Of a stretch of 64,000 bases of DNA, positions 30,490 through 43,388 are shown in pieces. Under the pieces are notes generated by a model, which ran no database searches, was not told the origin of the DNA, and was given only the letters and a program-made list of their open reading frames with translations. The translations under genes and the position numbers were made by a program. Position 1 is the first letter of the stretch; each line of letters begins with the position of its first letter. The stretch covers positions 241,552,001 through 241,616,000 of the forward strand of contig OZ024740.1 of assembly GCA_964016885.1 (NCBI GenBank). Reading direction: 5' to 3'. This DNA is from Eledone cirrhosa. Taxonomy: Eukaryota.

Positions 30490-31720
30490 TAACTCACCGG
30501 ACGATGAGGTGGGAAGCGGTGGGGGGAGGAGGGAGGAGGCGATAAGGTCTTGGATGGTGGAGGAGACTTGTTGTTGGTAGAGGGTGTGGGATCGGAGGGT
30601 AGAGGGCGGTAGAAGAGGGGGTTACAGAGCTGCCTGAGGGCTTCGGCCGTGTAGAGGTCCGCGCGCCACACCACCACGGCGCCTCCCTTGTCCGCCGGTT
30701 TGATGACGATGTCATCTCGGCTACGGAGGGAGCGGAGAGCGAGCAGTTCGCCCCGTGAGATATTGTACCGTTTGGAACGGTGGCGGAAGTCGAAACGATT
30801 TACTGCGCTACGGCTGGCATCGACGAACGCGTCCAGGGTGCTAAATTGCCCTGGGGCCGGCGTCCAAGAAGATGGTCGTCGGCCCAGGGCGAGAAACGGG
30901 TCTGGGGCGTCCGGAGCCGGTGGCGTTCGGCCGAAATGTGCCTATAGCTTCGTGCGTCGCACGAATCGCTCGACTTCCGTTCGGGTGCGGAACTCGTCGC
31001 TGTGCGGAGTGTGGGGTATGAAGCGAAGGCCTCTACTAAGGAGTGAGCGCTCAGGTGCGGAGAGGGGGAGGTCAGGGGGTATGGTGACAACAATTGGTGG
31101 GGTTTAGATGTGTTTGTGTGTGGGGGGGGGTCGAGGGAGGGGGGAGACTGGGGGGCGTATGGGGATGGGCGGGTGGTGGTGGATGGGGGTGGTTGGGAGG
31201 AGTGAGTGTAGCTTGCGGGCTTTGGTGGAGCTGAGGAAGGAGAAGAGGTTGTGGTTGAGGTTTTGGATGAAGGAGAGGATGGCTTGGGCGAGGAGGGGGT
31301 GGCAGGTGGAGTTAAGGCGGAGGAGGGTGGGGGGTCAGTTGGTGGTCAAGTTGGCGGAGGGTGGAACGGGAGGCGCGGATGGAGTTGCGCATCAGGAGGC
31401 GTGAGGATCGGGTGAGGATATGTTGCGTGGAGGGGGAAGCGGCGGGGGAAGGGTGGAAGTGTAGACGGAAGCCGAGGGGGATAAGGTGGATGCGGAGGCA
31501 GTGGCTGAGGAAATGGATGTGGCTGGAGTGCAGGGTTTTGGCGAAGAGAAGCTAGGACAGTTGAAGGGCTGAGGGGAGATAGCAGGGTGGGAGGAGGGGG
31601 GTGAGGAAAAGTTTGAGGCGATTATGTAGTTGGTGGAGAAAGGATATCAGGCTGGGCATGGTGGGCGTTGGGTGAAAGCAGGGGAGGGATGTGAAAGCAG
31701 GGGTGTGAAGCGGGGTGGAA
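30490..31720 (-). mobile_element. GC-rich Neptune-like PLE 5' fragment (pseudogenised)
   Basis: HIHFLSHCLRIHLIPLGF, VVTIPPDLPLS..ERSLLSRGLRFIP, IVIKPADKGGAVVVWRADLY read from the minus strand. Confidence 0.85.
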
Positions 31721-32315
31721 TATATTTAAAGGTTAAACAAGTTCAATGAATAAATCAAAGAATTAGTTTTACAATAGATTGGAAACACTTAATGAAAATC
31801 TTAAGTTTTCTCTTTCTCATATTTGCAGACACTTTAAATGTGATACTATACTACTATATAGATCCTTTAAAAACATTTTCTTGTATTTTAAATAATATAG
31901 CTTAAATATTTGGCACTTATATGATCGCAAACAATTTACTTATTTATTTTGAATCTGGTTCGTTTCCTTATGATTCATGAAATTTTTTATAGTATATATG
32001 TATTATATGATCCTAAGATACAATAATTGATCTAAAACTATAATTGTAACAATATTAACAGTAACTTATTTATTATATTATATTATATTGTGTTATGTAT
32101 AACTGACTAATATCGTCTTGAACTTTAGACAATATGCTCTTTGTATATATTTGGACAAATCCATATATCAAATTTAATAATAACTTTTTTAAGTTTAATT
32201 ATAAGGCCTTTAGATGCTTTAGGGCATTCTAATTGTTAATTTTTAAAGTTATAACTGTAATTATTTTCTAAATTATATAGTGAGAATTATTTTAGTATGG
32301 GAAAATAATATAAGA

Positions 32316-32500
32316 TAATTGTTTCTACTTTAGGCACAAGGCCAGAAATTACCCAGTGCATTACTGGTACTTTATTTTATCGACCCCGTAAGGATGAAAG
32401 GCAAAGTCAACCTCGGCGGGATTTGAACTCAGATCGTAAAGGGACGTAACTATGCTGGAAAGCATGGCGTCCGACCCTCTACCGATACTGCCAATCCACA
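32316..32500 (-). mobile_element. tRNA-derived SINE
   Basis: Near-identical to 16665-16852. Confidence 0.85.
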
Positions 32501-33246
32501 ATTTAATATGGTTTGCCTTCGTGTGGATGAAAATACTAAGTTTCTTTCTCATGTTTGAAAATACTTTAAATATGATTTTATAAATTAAATATGTTAGTAT
32601 ACTTTAATATTAATATAGATATTTATAAACTTTTATAGCCTGAAATATTATACCTTTAGTTTAATCCATTATTCTGAACTGACATAAGGAATTTGAAATT
32701 TAACGGTCAGCCGAATAAGTTTGGATATATATGGTGTATAAATAATTGTTAATATATTTCTTATTAATTGAGGACTCGAAATTAAACCCTCATATAATTA
32801 CACCAAGATATATTTAACATTTAGATAGATGGATACTTCTAGATAATTCAAAGATTCGAGTTTACTCTTTCACAAAGCTATGCCCAAATGTATATTTATC
32901 TATGCTTTATACTATAAAAATTATTCCCCTTTTGTCTCACTATCCTTGATCAATTCTCTTTTGCTCTCTATACTTCTAGTAACTATATTTTTTCCTCATC
33001 TGTTTCTCCCTGTCTTTCTTCTTCCTTTCTTCTTTCTTTAATAATTTAAATTATTTGAATCTCTAACAGTTATGAAAATTGCTATTATGTATTTTTAAGC
33101 TTTCTCACACGCACCCTCTGTATTATATGTAAGTTTTTTCATGTCTCAATCTTAAGGTATATAAATATTGAGTCTTGTCATATCATATTCACTACCATGA
33201 CTGAATCTTAACCATCTACTATGTCAGGGTATGTCATGCATCATCT

Positions 33247-33313
33247 TATTTTATCTGATGAGGACGTACTGTTGAAGATAGTTCAGTACCTCTGAAATAT
33301 GTATAATAAAATA
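33247..33313 (+). ncRNA. Type I hammerhead ribozyme at the 3' end of a PLE-like relic (~32860-33360)
   Basis: Perfect 8-bp stem I tattttat/ataaaata, CTGATGA, stem II GGACGTACTG/CAGTACCTCT, GAAA-TATGTATA. Confidence 0.85.
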
Positions 33314-33419
33314 TACTTGATCACACGAATGTCTATTTTTGTTAATATTTTGAATTAATGTATATATATATATATATAATGAGTTGACGGACCCAGCATA
33401 ATATTTATCAATGCCAGTT

Positions 33420-34058
33420 CCTGTCTGTTTATGTGCGTGTTTGTTTGTTCACGAACTCCTCCTATGGTTTTGGAGATAGACCGCCATAACCATATATATT
33501 CTGAAACTATATTGCCCAGGGTACTTGGATAAGTATATTTCATTCTAATGAAAGGGTTTCTCGTGGGCACAAACCCCGCTGAAAACTTTTTCCCTTCGAT
33601 TCATATGAAATTTAATGATGCCTATTCACAAAATTTCAGCAAATTTCAAATATATTAACACACCCTAATGCTGAAATTTTGTGAATAGGCATCATATCTT
33701 GTCATTTACCTATGGTTTAAATTTCATATAAATAGAAGGGAAAACATTTTCAGTGGGGGTTTCTTCCTCCGAGGAACCCTAATAGGGGGTTTAACCCCAT
33801 TGGGGTGTCTTAATATTATTGAAATTTGCTGAAGTTTTGTGAATAGGCATCATATCTTGTCATTCACTTATGGTTTAAATTTCATATAAATGGGATGGAA
33901 AAAATTTTCAGCGCAAACATTAAAATGAAATATACTTATCCAAGTACCCTGGGCAATGTAGTTTCCGGATATATATGGTTATGGAGGTCTATCTCCAAAA
34001 CCGTAGGAGTAGTTCGTGTATAAACAGACAGCAATACAACATTATATATATAGATATA
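33420..34058. repeat. Fold-back structure of non-autonomous Helitron-like sequence
   Basis: ~33440-33550 inverted versus ~33917-34030; internal ~80-bp unit present twice direct and once inverted; TCTATAT...CTGTCTGT-type end at ~34054 on the minus strand. Confidence 0.55.
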
Positions 34059-34747
34059 TCTGAGGTATAACGTTTTTAACGAACTTGCAAACACACACAC
34101 ACACACACTCACAGAGACATACACACCCATATACAATGTGGCGTCATCGTGCTCGTCGTCATGGTGGTGGTTTACTATAGTTCACAATAGAAAGGTTATT
34201 TTAGATAAAATATATTGTTTTAATCCAAATGAAAATAAAAATTACATATTTACACTGTCGGGGTCTAATACTATTACCTTGTAAAATTCGATTTCATTTG
34301 GTCGAGCCATTTGAGAATGCATAGGAACAGACAGACAGAGCGATAAAGAATTTTATATATAAAGAGATTATAATATTATTGATATTCACTCACGAATACT
34401 GAATATATATATATTTGACTAGAATTTAGCTTCGACGTAGCTATATACAGATATATGGTATGTTTATAAAAAAAAAACATTCTGAAAGCTATGCATAGAA
34501 GGCCGGAGATCAGCGCCGCCGAGTGGTGTCCAGCAGAACCAAGGGCAATAACTATCTTTAGATATACGAATATACGAAATTCACATACATATATGTATAC
34601 AACTATGTCGAATCTAAATTCAAATTCTATTTGTAGAGCCAACTTATACAGCTTCATATGCAAATGTGGCTAATCAGCCCATTTACAAAGATGAAAATTT
34701 ACATATTTTCGCCTGTTTCAAAGTCCAGTAGTAGCAAGAGGGAATCA

Positions 34748-34788
34748 TTGTCCTGATGAGAACGATTAAGTTCGAAATGCATCGACAG
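34748..34788 (+). ncRNA. Canonical minimal type I hammerhead ribozyme
   Basis: ttgtc-CTGATGA-GAAC(gattaa)GTTC-GAAA-TGCA-TC-gacag; palindromic ATGCAT, AUC site. Confidence 0.88.
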
Positions 34789-35007
34789 TTAAACCCCATT
34801 CAGTTAACCGCCAGTCTTCTATTCATAACTGTGGCTTTCAAAATGTTTATTTATAAACATACCGTATATCTTTAGATATACGAAATTCACATACATATTT
34901 GTATACATTTGTATACAAGTAAAGAGAGACAGAGAGAGAAAGAGAGTGAGTGGGTGAGTAAGTGAGAGAGAGAGAGAGTGAGTGAGTAAATGAGAGAGAA
35001 AGAGAGA

Positions 35008-35039
<32 letters not shown>

Positions 35040-35084
35040 CTGTGAGCATGTGTGAGTGTGTATTTCAATAAGTAAGAACATTAC

Positions 35085-35192
35085 CGTAGTCACGGGTTTT
35101 TTTAACAATACGATAGACTTCCTGGCGGGATATTTCACAGATATAAGCAAGATGGGCAGTATCTAGTGACCTTGACCAGCCGGCGGTATTAC
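35085..35192 (-). CDS. Host-gene exon C: end of C-type lectin domain (contactin-like?)
   Basis: tttacag|...|gtaatg, phase 1/1; (G)NTAGWSRSLDTAHLAYICEISRQEVYRIVKKTRDY. Confidence 0.8.
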
Positions 35193-35199
35193 CTGTAAA

Positions 35200-36100
35200 T
35201 AATAATTTCTTACATTAGCACAGATCTTCACATTTGGTGGAATGGTACAATCGAATTTATTGACCACAGTACTTGAGTGGAAGATCATCATATCAATTTC
35301 GGATAGAAGTCAAAGTCAATCTTGGCATGACTTAAACTAAAGACGGAAGGACCGGAAATAAACACTACAAGGCATTTTATTCAATTTTCTATCGATTCTT
35401 CCAATCCACAAAGCCAGGATTATTTTTGGTGGGTGGAGTCAATCACACCAACTCCGATACACCACAGGCATTTTAATAAGGCCAGCAATTTGAAGGGAAG
35501 GGGAAAGTCGATTACCGTTACTTTATTTTGTTGACCCCATAAGGATGGAAGGTAAAGCTAACGTTGGTGGGATTTGAACTCAGAACGTAAAGATCCGTAA
35601 CTATATACCACTAAGTATGTTGTCCGAGGTTCTACGATGCTGCCAATCTATTTTGATATCTAATATAGACTCACGGCCAATATTCTTGACGGAAGAAGTA
35701 AGTCGAATAAATCGTTCCAAGGACTTGACCGGTACGTTGTTTCAACGACTTCGGAAGGAAGGAAGGCAAAGTTGGCCTCGGTTCGAGTTGAACTCAGAAT
35801 GTAAAAAGACGGAATGCATACTGCTTCGCATTTGTTTAACGCTCTAACGACTTTGCCAGTTGATTGCCTTCCCACTGGCCTTTTAATAATTGTTTCTACT
35901 TTAGGCACAAGGCCAGCAATTAGCCAGTGCATTACTGGTACTTTATTTTATCGACCCCGTAAGGATGAAAGGCAAAGTCAACCTCGGCGTGATTTGAATG
36001 CCTTTTAATAATGGTTTCTGATTTAGGCACAAGGCTAACAATTAGAGGAAGTCAATTAATTCGACTCATGTGCGTTACTGGTTCTTTATTTCATTGAAAC
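35200..36100 (-). mobile_element. Cluster of about 5 young and old tRNA-SINE copies
   Basis: Repeated AGGCACAAGGCC...GGATGAAAGGCAAAG...GATTTGAACTC modules. Confidence 0.75.
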
Positions 36101-36331
36101 AGTAAATTAAAAAAATCCATAAACTTCCTCGAATAAAAAAATATTTTCTTGATACAGGGAGACGACGTGTGGATGTTGTTTCTTCACGGGGCAGCTCCTG
36201 CGAATAAACAACATCCACAAGTACAGTCGTCTCCCTGTATCAAGAAAATAATTTTCTTTCGATGAAGTTTCGAATTTTTTTAATTTAGAATGTTTTGAGG
36301 AATTTTTAATGTTTTCCAGGTTTTATAGGTT

Positions 36332-36394
36332 TTGCCACCTGAGGAGCTCAGGCTATCATAATTGATAGTCTTCAGTGAAATATGTATAACGGAA
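36332..36394 (+). ncRNA. Hammerhead-like motif at the end of a small fold-back PLE relic (36104-36420)
   Basis: CTGAGGA, ~13-bp stem II GCTCAGGCTATCA/TGATAGTCTTCAGT, GAAA-TATGTATA; stem I eroded. Confidence 0.6.
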
Positions 36395-36429
36395 TCAACT
36401 GATTATGGCCTTCGATCTTTATATATATA

Positions 36430-37143
36430 CTAGCAGAATGGCCCGGCGTTGCTCGGGATTCTAAACATAGATTGGCATGTTTATCCCTCCTTTCTGAAAC
36501 AGTACAGAGAAGTATGGAATACCTCGGCCTGGGGATGGTGTCTACATTTTGTGCTTATAAAAGAAATCGTCGTAGATTACCAGGGGTTTAACTTAATTGG
36601 GTGCCTGACAGTAAAATGTTCAACCCACGAAAGCCAAGACGATAGGGTTAAGTAAAAAGGCATTCAACAAACCGAACATGTATTTGTTGTGCTATGGTAC
36701 AATGAGAGCAATAGTTACAGAGCAGTAAGCATGTGGGACTGCAGTGGTGGAGAGCATGAAGGAATTTAGTTGGATACTTTTAAGGTTACAGTCCCTAACG
36801 CAACCAAAATGCTTTTAAAAAATCGGTTTTTCGCCTAATGCGGTCCCTGGGGCAAAACTTTAGAAAATCGTTTTTGCTCAAAACACTTTAAACGACATGT
36901 AATGCCAATTTTGAAGAAATCGCCTGGATTATTGTTCCGTTATGCCTCAAAAAAGCCTTTAAAGCCTAAAATATGCGGCTTTTCGCCTAATGCGATCCCT
37001 AGGGCATTGTAAATTTGAAATATTGTTTGTTCAAAACACTCACACGAACATAAGTATTACATGTGTAAAGTTTGAAAACATTGGTTGGGTGGTTCTCGAG
37101 TTTTTGGGGGACAGACAGACATTCTCTGTTTTAGAAATATAGA
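36430..37143 (-). mobile_element. Non-autonomous Helitron
   Basis: 5' A|TCTATATT...GTCTGTCTG; 3' hairpin CCCGAGCAACGCCGGG then CTAG|T. Confidence 0.8.
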
Positions 37144-37872
37144 TATTAAAATTAAAAGATCTAGCTGACGAAACGGCCGGAGCTCAACCGTCGGGGTCCT
37201 GACTCTTTTCCTATTACCCACTCTACTACACTAAATATTGAGTAATCTGCTGCGTTATGGTCCACCTGGTATCCTACCACATCCTCTTTGTTATATATAT
37301 ATATATATATATATATAGTTAAAAATGTACATCTACATATGCATACTGAAATACTAGTGTGTATATGAATACACACACGTATACATATGTAGGTGTACCA
37401 AGTCTTTCACTGGTCGCTTTACAGTGAGCGGCCCAGCTATTCTGTATGTAAACACACAGACAAACCGGTTTTTAGAGTCATACTGGTTTTTCGGGGGAAC
37501 ACCTTCCCCCTATTCTCCAGAAAGCCAGACAAGGAATATTGAACTAGTTTCGTTGTTGTTACAACTCATCAGCAATATTTACCTATCTACCGGCCTTTCT
37601 GGAGAATTGTAAAAGCACATATCGTTATATGCTTTTTCTATGAAAATTAGTAGTGGGCAGACTAATTTGCATAGAGTGTGAGTACGCACCGGTTCAGCGG
37701 AGACGATAAAAACAAATAACGAAACGAAATTAAATTTCGTTTCGTTTGTAACACACTTTTGTATGACTGACGCTTAAACAATTAAGTTAAAAATGTACAT
37801 CTACATATGCATACTGAAATACTATATATATATATATGAAAAGTGTAATTTTCTACACAAAACGAAGGTTAT

Positions 37873-38078
37873 AGAGAAAATTGAGGTTGGTAATGGCACA
37901 TGGAATATATAAGAGACAGAATACTTTTTTGTGAAAAAACATAATTTTATAAGGTAAGGAAATAATAAAGGGTATAATAAATTATACCCTTTATTATTTC
38001 CTTACCTTATAAAATTATGTTTTTTCACAAAAAAGTATTCTGTCTCTTATATATTCCATGTGCCATTACCAACCTCAA

Positions 38079-38086
<8 letters not shown>
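37873..38086. repeat. Perfect palindrome, 106-bp arms, 2-nt spacer
   Basis: 37873-37978 is the reverse complement of 37981-38086; sequence matches the element tail at 15875-16016. Confidence 0.9.
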
Positions 38087-38172
<86 letters not shown>

Positions 38173-38333
38173 TAAAATAACAGATTAAAGTTTAAGCAAA
38201 GAATCGCTGCTTTCACCCTTAACGGGATCTTCTGAAACTAACAAAGTCAATCTGTAAACGCAGAACTGGATATTTCAAAAAACGTTGCAACCGGGGGAAG
38301 ACAGGAAGACGATACTTTGGTTCGTGGTAACGT

Positions 38334-38365
<32 letters not shown>

Positions 38366-38590
38366 TGGTTATATTTGGGGATGATAATGTTGCCAATATA
38401 GCCAATAGAAAGAAATACACGCACCATATAATTTACACTTTACCTTTATGTTTATTATTCGTTGTTCATTGTTGAACAATAAGGATTAAGATAAAATGAA
38501 AATTATATGGTGCGTGCGTTTCTTTCTATTAGCTATATTGACATGATCATCCGCAAATATAACAATATCGTGCAGAACAAATACATAAAC

Positions 38591-38623
<33 letters not shown>

Positions 38624-38634
38624 AATAAAGATAG

Positions 38635-39026
38635 ATTCACCGAGAATGGCATTTTCGGCGACTGACCTAGGTTCTGCTGCACGCCGCGCTGAGGGGGCCA
38701 AACTCCTCAAATACCAGTCGCTCTCCGACAGGTTTGCGGTCGTTCCCCTGGCAGTGGAAACTTCTGGTGTCCTCGGCCCCAGGTCTACCTCCTTACTCAC
38801 CACCATAGGCGCTGATCTGGCCAGCCGCAGGTGTGAGCCCCGCGAGTTGGAGTGGCTTTTCCAGCGCGTCTCCCTTGCCGTCCTCCGGGGAAACGCCTTC
38901 TCCATTCTGTCCGCCGGGGCTGTGGGTGGGCCCCATCGCGTACCAAAATATTAGTTAAATACCATTCTTTCATCTGATACAACACAATAAAGTTTCTTTA
39001 TACTTAAAAAACAAAACAAAAAAAAA
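38635..39026 (+). mobile_element. CRE-clade (RLE) non-LTR retrotransposon 3' end
   Basis: AEGAKLLKY...VPLAVETSGVLG...FQRVSLAVLRGNA; A-rich tail. Confidence 0.75.
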
Positions 39027-39375
39027 CGTCATCTGTGGAGCGGGGAGAACAATTGTACGCAAAGACAAAACCACGTAAATGGTATAACTGAAGTCGTAGA
39101 CTAAAATTCTAACTAGGAAACTGAATGATTTTCAGCTTCAGAGTTAAGAATAAAGTAAATAAAATACAGAGGTAATAGAAATAAATACATACACGCATCC
39201 ATATACGTACATACACAAGCATACGCGAAAACACTCGCCATGGGTATACAAATACACGAACGTACCCCCCCAAAAAAAACCCCGCACGCACATATAGAAC
39301 CTACGCAACGCCTGTACCCGCAGGCAAACGAATGTATACACCAAATACACATAAAATTATATATAAAAAAAAAAA

Positions 39376-39410
<35 letters not shown>

Positions 39411-39455
39411 AGTGTGTGTGTGTGTGCATATAATTAAATAAACGTATATAAATAA

Positions 39456-41582
39456 GTTTTCGTCCAGGGCTTTTCTCAATACATAGTCGAGGCAGATGAT
39501 AAACATATATGGTGCAAGTGTACTCCTGCAATGACGTCAAAGAAGTTGGTATCTCCATCAGGTGAGCGCACCATTGCGCGGGTGTTTTTATATAACATCA
39601 TGATGGCATTTACTGTTTCCTTTGGCAAGAGGTAGGCTAGAAGTATCTCTCTCATCCTCCCACGATGGATGGGATCGAATGCCTTTGAAAAGTCAATAAA
39701 CAGGAGAGTTGCTAGGAGGTTTTTGGCTTTTACGCCTTCCACATACGCCGAATAGTAAGTATTTGCCCTGATGTTGATCTGTTGGTGCGGAAGCCATTTT
39801 GTTTTTTTCTCAGCAAAGAGTCAATGACAGGTCTTATTCTGTCAAACAGCATGAGATTGTATATCTTTGCGGCAATTGCCAATAGTGTTATGCCACGGTA
39901 GTTTTTAGCCATTCCAAGATCACCCTTTTTGGGAAAAGGGAGTATACATGCCTCAGTTCATTTATCTATGGGGTCTTGATTATAGACACCATTACACAAC
40001 TCTAGTAGGATTGGGTGAAATTCAGGTACCTTCCACACTTCAGCTGGGATCTCGTCGAGTCCGCACACTTTTCCGTTACCAATACTTTTCACTGTTTTCT
40101 GTAGTTCCTCCATAGTGAAAGGACCTTTCTGTATTTGGTGTTCCTCTATAAAAACTGGTATTATTTCTTCTTCGATGATCTGTGCTGCTTTGCCAAGTAG
40201 GTTCTGAAAATGTTGTTGCCACAGTTTTAAACGTTCGTCTTAGCTGGAGGCTTTCAGTTTGACTCTGTCACTACTTTTTCTGCCAGTAATTTCATTGACA
40301 GTTTTCCAGGCTTCAGCAGACTTCTTATTGCTGACAGTACTCGAGATATGATTGATCTTTATCTGCATGTATTCGGCTTGCTCAATTTCATACTCACTTT
40401 TCAGTGCTGTACAAGCAGCATTGAAGTTACTAATGTTTTCTGGAGATCGTTGAGTGTCTTTCAATTCTGCAGCTTTTCGCAACTCTTTGCGCTTTTGGCG
40501 CATCCTCTGTTTCCCAGGGTTTTCGATTTTTAACATTGGGTTTTAAAGGGATTGTGTCGACCGCTGCCTCTTTGAATGCCATTTGAAAGTGGTTAAATGT
40601 AGAATTTGACGATTTTGCTGGCGCAGAGTCTTGTAGGGCAGAAAATCGGTTGCTCAGTTGGGTTACAAAGGTTTTGTAAGTTTCAGGATTGGTATTCAGA
40701 ACTGCCCAGTTGTAAGGAGTAGCACTTGCAGATTTCTTTTTATCCACTCGTATCTAATCGTATCTTGGCCGAGACAAAGCGAAAGTGTAGACGCCATGCA
40801 GCTCAGAGAATCACCAATGCTGACTATGCGTATGATTTAGCGGTCCTTGCTGACTACCTTAAGGATGCAACATCACTATTTCACAGCATCGAATCAGTTG
40901 CAAAGGAAATCGGACTCTATGTCTCGCAGGCAAAACAGAATATATTTCCCTGAGCCAAGACTCCTCAGTTGGTATGCGAAGTCTAAACGGCGATATAATC
41001 AAGCAAGTTGACGACTTCAAATACTTGGGTAGCTATATCGCCTCCACAGAACATGATGTTAACATCAAACTGGGAAAAGCCTGGTGAGCATTGAATGCAA
41101 TGGAAAAAATATGGAAATCAAACCTACTGGCCAAACTGAAAAAGAATTTCTTCAGAGCTGCTGTGGAATCTGTGCTTTTTTATGGCTCTATCACTTGCAC
41201 GCTAACGTCGAAACTGGAGAAAAAGCTAGACGGGGCATACACACATATGCTCCGTGCTGCTTTAAACGTGTCTTGGAGGGAACACCCAACAAATAAGGAT
41301 CTCTATGGCAATATACCACCTATCAGCAGGTCAATACGTGGACAGAGATTCAGATTTGCTGGCCACTGTTGGCGCAGCAAGGAAGACATAGCAGGTGATG
41401 TGTTGTTATGGAGTCCATCTCATGGAGCAAGAAACGCTGGTCGTCCCAAGAGGACATACGTCAAGCAACTTGAGGACGATACTCGATGCTCTGCGGAGGA
41501 ACTGGCAAACGCTATGAGAGACAGAGATGGATGGAGGAAAGGTGTCGTAGAAAGCCGAGCAAGCTCGACCTGATGATGATGT
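39456..41582. mobile_element. RTE LINE with 5' inversion, 9-bp TSD (tataaataa)
   Basis: Minus part (39456-~40755): YRGITL, FIDFSKAFD, CLDYVLRK; plus part (~40760-41582): DYAYDL, FKYLGS, RFAGHCWR, (TGA)n tail; TSD at 39447-55 and 41583-91. Confidence 0.88.
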
Positions 41583-42324
41583 TATAAATAAATAAATACG
41601 TATATAACAAGCGCACACACATACTTACATGTAAATACACATATGTTCGGAGACGTACGTCAACCAAAACACAAAGTACACATATACACACACCCTTCAT
41701 TCGTACGAACCCGCATACACACACAGACCCAAAACTCCAGTATACACATGACCAAAGCATAATATATAATATATACGCCATAACATATACAATCAAATAT
41801 ACGTACGAGAAAGTATACGTACCTTCACAAAACATACAGGTAATATATACTTACCTATACAAATAAGTAATGGTATAAACATAACATATACTTAGCTACC
41901 ACATCACGACGTAAAATATCCGCGTATAGTTCGTACTATCCGTTAAGGTATAATGTGGGGCTGTAATACAGGAAAGTTTTGTGCAATTTATGTTTACAAG
42001 CCGAAACAGGTAAGTATATATTACCTGTATTTTTATGTAGGTACGTATACTTTCTCGTACGTATATTTGATTGTATATGTTATGGCGTATATATTATATA
42101 TTCTGGTACATATGCTTTGGTTATGTGTATAGTTGAGTTTTGCGTCTGTGTGTGTATGCGGGTTCGTACGAATGTAGGGTGTGTGTATATGTGTACTTTG
42201 TGTTTTGGTTGACGTGCGTCTCCGAACATATGTGTATTTACATGTAGGTATGTGTGTGCGCTTGTTAGATACGTATTTATTTATTAATATACGTTTATTT
42301 AATTATATGTATACACGCACGCAC

Positions 42325-42364
<40 letters not shown>

Positions 42365-42852
42365 TTATATATATATTTTTATGTGGATTTGGTGTATACA
42401 TTCGTTTGCTTGCGGGTACAGGCGTTGCATGGGTTCTGTATGTGTGTGCGGGTTTTTTGGTTTTTTATTTCTGTGTACGTGCGTGTATTTGTATACCTAT
42501 GGCGAGTGTTTTCGCGTATGCTTGTGTATGTACGTATATGGATGCGTGTATGTATTTATTTAATTTCTATTACCTCTGTATTTTATTTACTTTATTCTTA
42601 ACTCTGAAGCCGAGAATCATTCGGTTTCCTAGTTAGAATTTTAGTCTACGACTTCAGTTATACCATTTACGTGGTTTTGTCTTTGCGTGCAATTGTTCTC
42701 CCCGCTCCACATATGACGTATTATCTTCGTTTTTTTCCGTTCATTGCCAGAGAACGTCTCTATGCACCACCTAATAGAATATTAGTCTACGACTTCTTTT
42801 ATACTATAAACGTGGTTTTGTCTTTGCGTGTAATTGTTTTTCACCGTTCCAA

Positions 42853-42981
42853 ATAATTGTTTCTACTTTAGGCACAAGGCCAGCAATTACCCAGTGCATT
42901 ACTGGTACTTTTATTTTATCGACCCCGTAAGGATGAAAGGCAAAGTCAACCTCGGCGGGATTTGAACTCAGATCGTAAAGG
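42853..42981 (-). mobile_element. tRNA-SINE, 5'-truncated
   Basis: Core match; apparent ~16-bp TSD caccg(c/t)tccaaataat. Confidence 0.8.
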
Positions 42982-43136
42982 GCTCCACCGCTCCAAATAA
43001 TGACGTATTATATTCGTTTTTTCCCGTTCTTTTTGCGACGGAACGTTTCCACGAACCAAAGTATCGTCTTCCTGTCTTCCTCCGGTTGCAACGTTTTTTG
43101 AAATATTCACTTCTGCGTTCACAGATTGACTTTGTT

Positions 43137-43187
43137 AGTTTCAGATGATCCCGTTAAGGGTGAAAGCAGTGATTCTTTGCTTAAACT
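43137..43187 (+). ncRNA. Atypical hammerhead-like motif (CAGAUGA core)
   Basis: agttt-CAGATGA-T-CCC(gttaa)GGG-T-GAAA-GCA...TGC-TT-aaact; minus-strand copies at 38189-38239 and 16960-17010. Confidence 0.6.
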
Positions 43188-43388
43188 TTAATCTGTTATT
43201 TTAATATATATATATATATATATATATACAGTATTTACGTATCGAGAGAGAGAAAAAGGGGAGGATAGGTGATACATATAGTTATTTGCTAAGTAGCGTA
43301 TGCCAAAGGTGCTCGATACTAGTGCCGGCAGTATTAAATATTCGAAGTGTTAATATTTAGTGGGCTAGAGAGTTAGCAGAACGTAAGC

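Larger units (their letters stand above)
38170..43205. mobile_element. Non-autonomous PLE-like family as inverted pair; left arm split by later insertions
   Basis: Pieces 38170-38333, ~39015-39455 and 41583-41845 are reverse complements of parts of 42007-43205; both outer ends carry a hammerhead-like motif followed by (TA)n. Confidence 0.7.

Noticed and set aside
37161-37200. CTGACGA motif / extra Helitron 3' end
   Set aside because: No stem II-GAAA for an HHR; CTAG is followed by A rather than T on the minus strand and no matching 5' end was found
37382-37450. Minus-strand CAGAATA-GCTGG/CCAGT-GAAA hammerhead-like fold
   Set aside because: Two core changes and no convincing stem III or cleavage triplet
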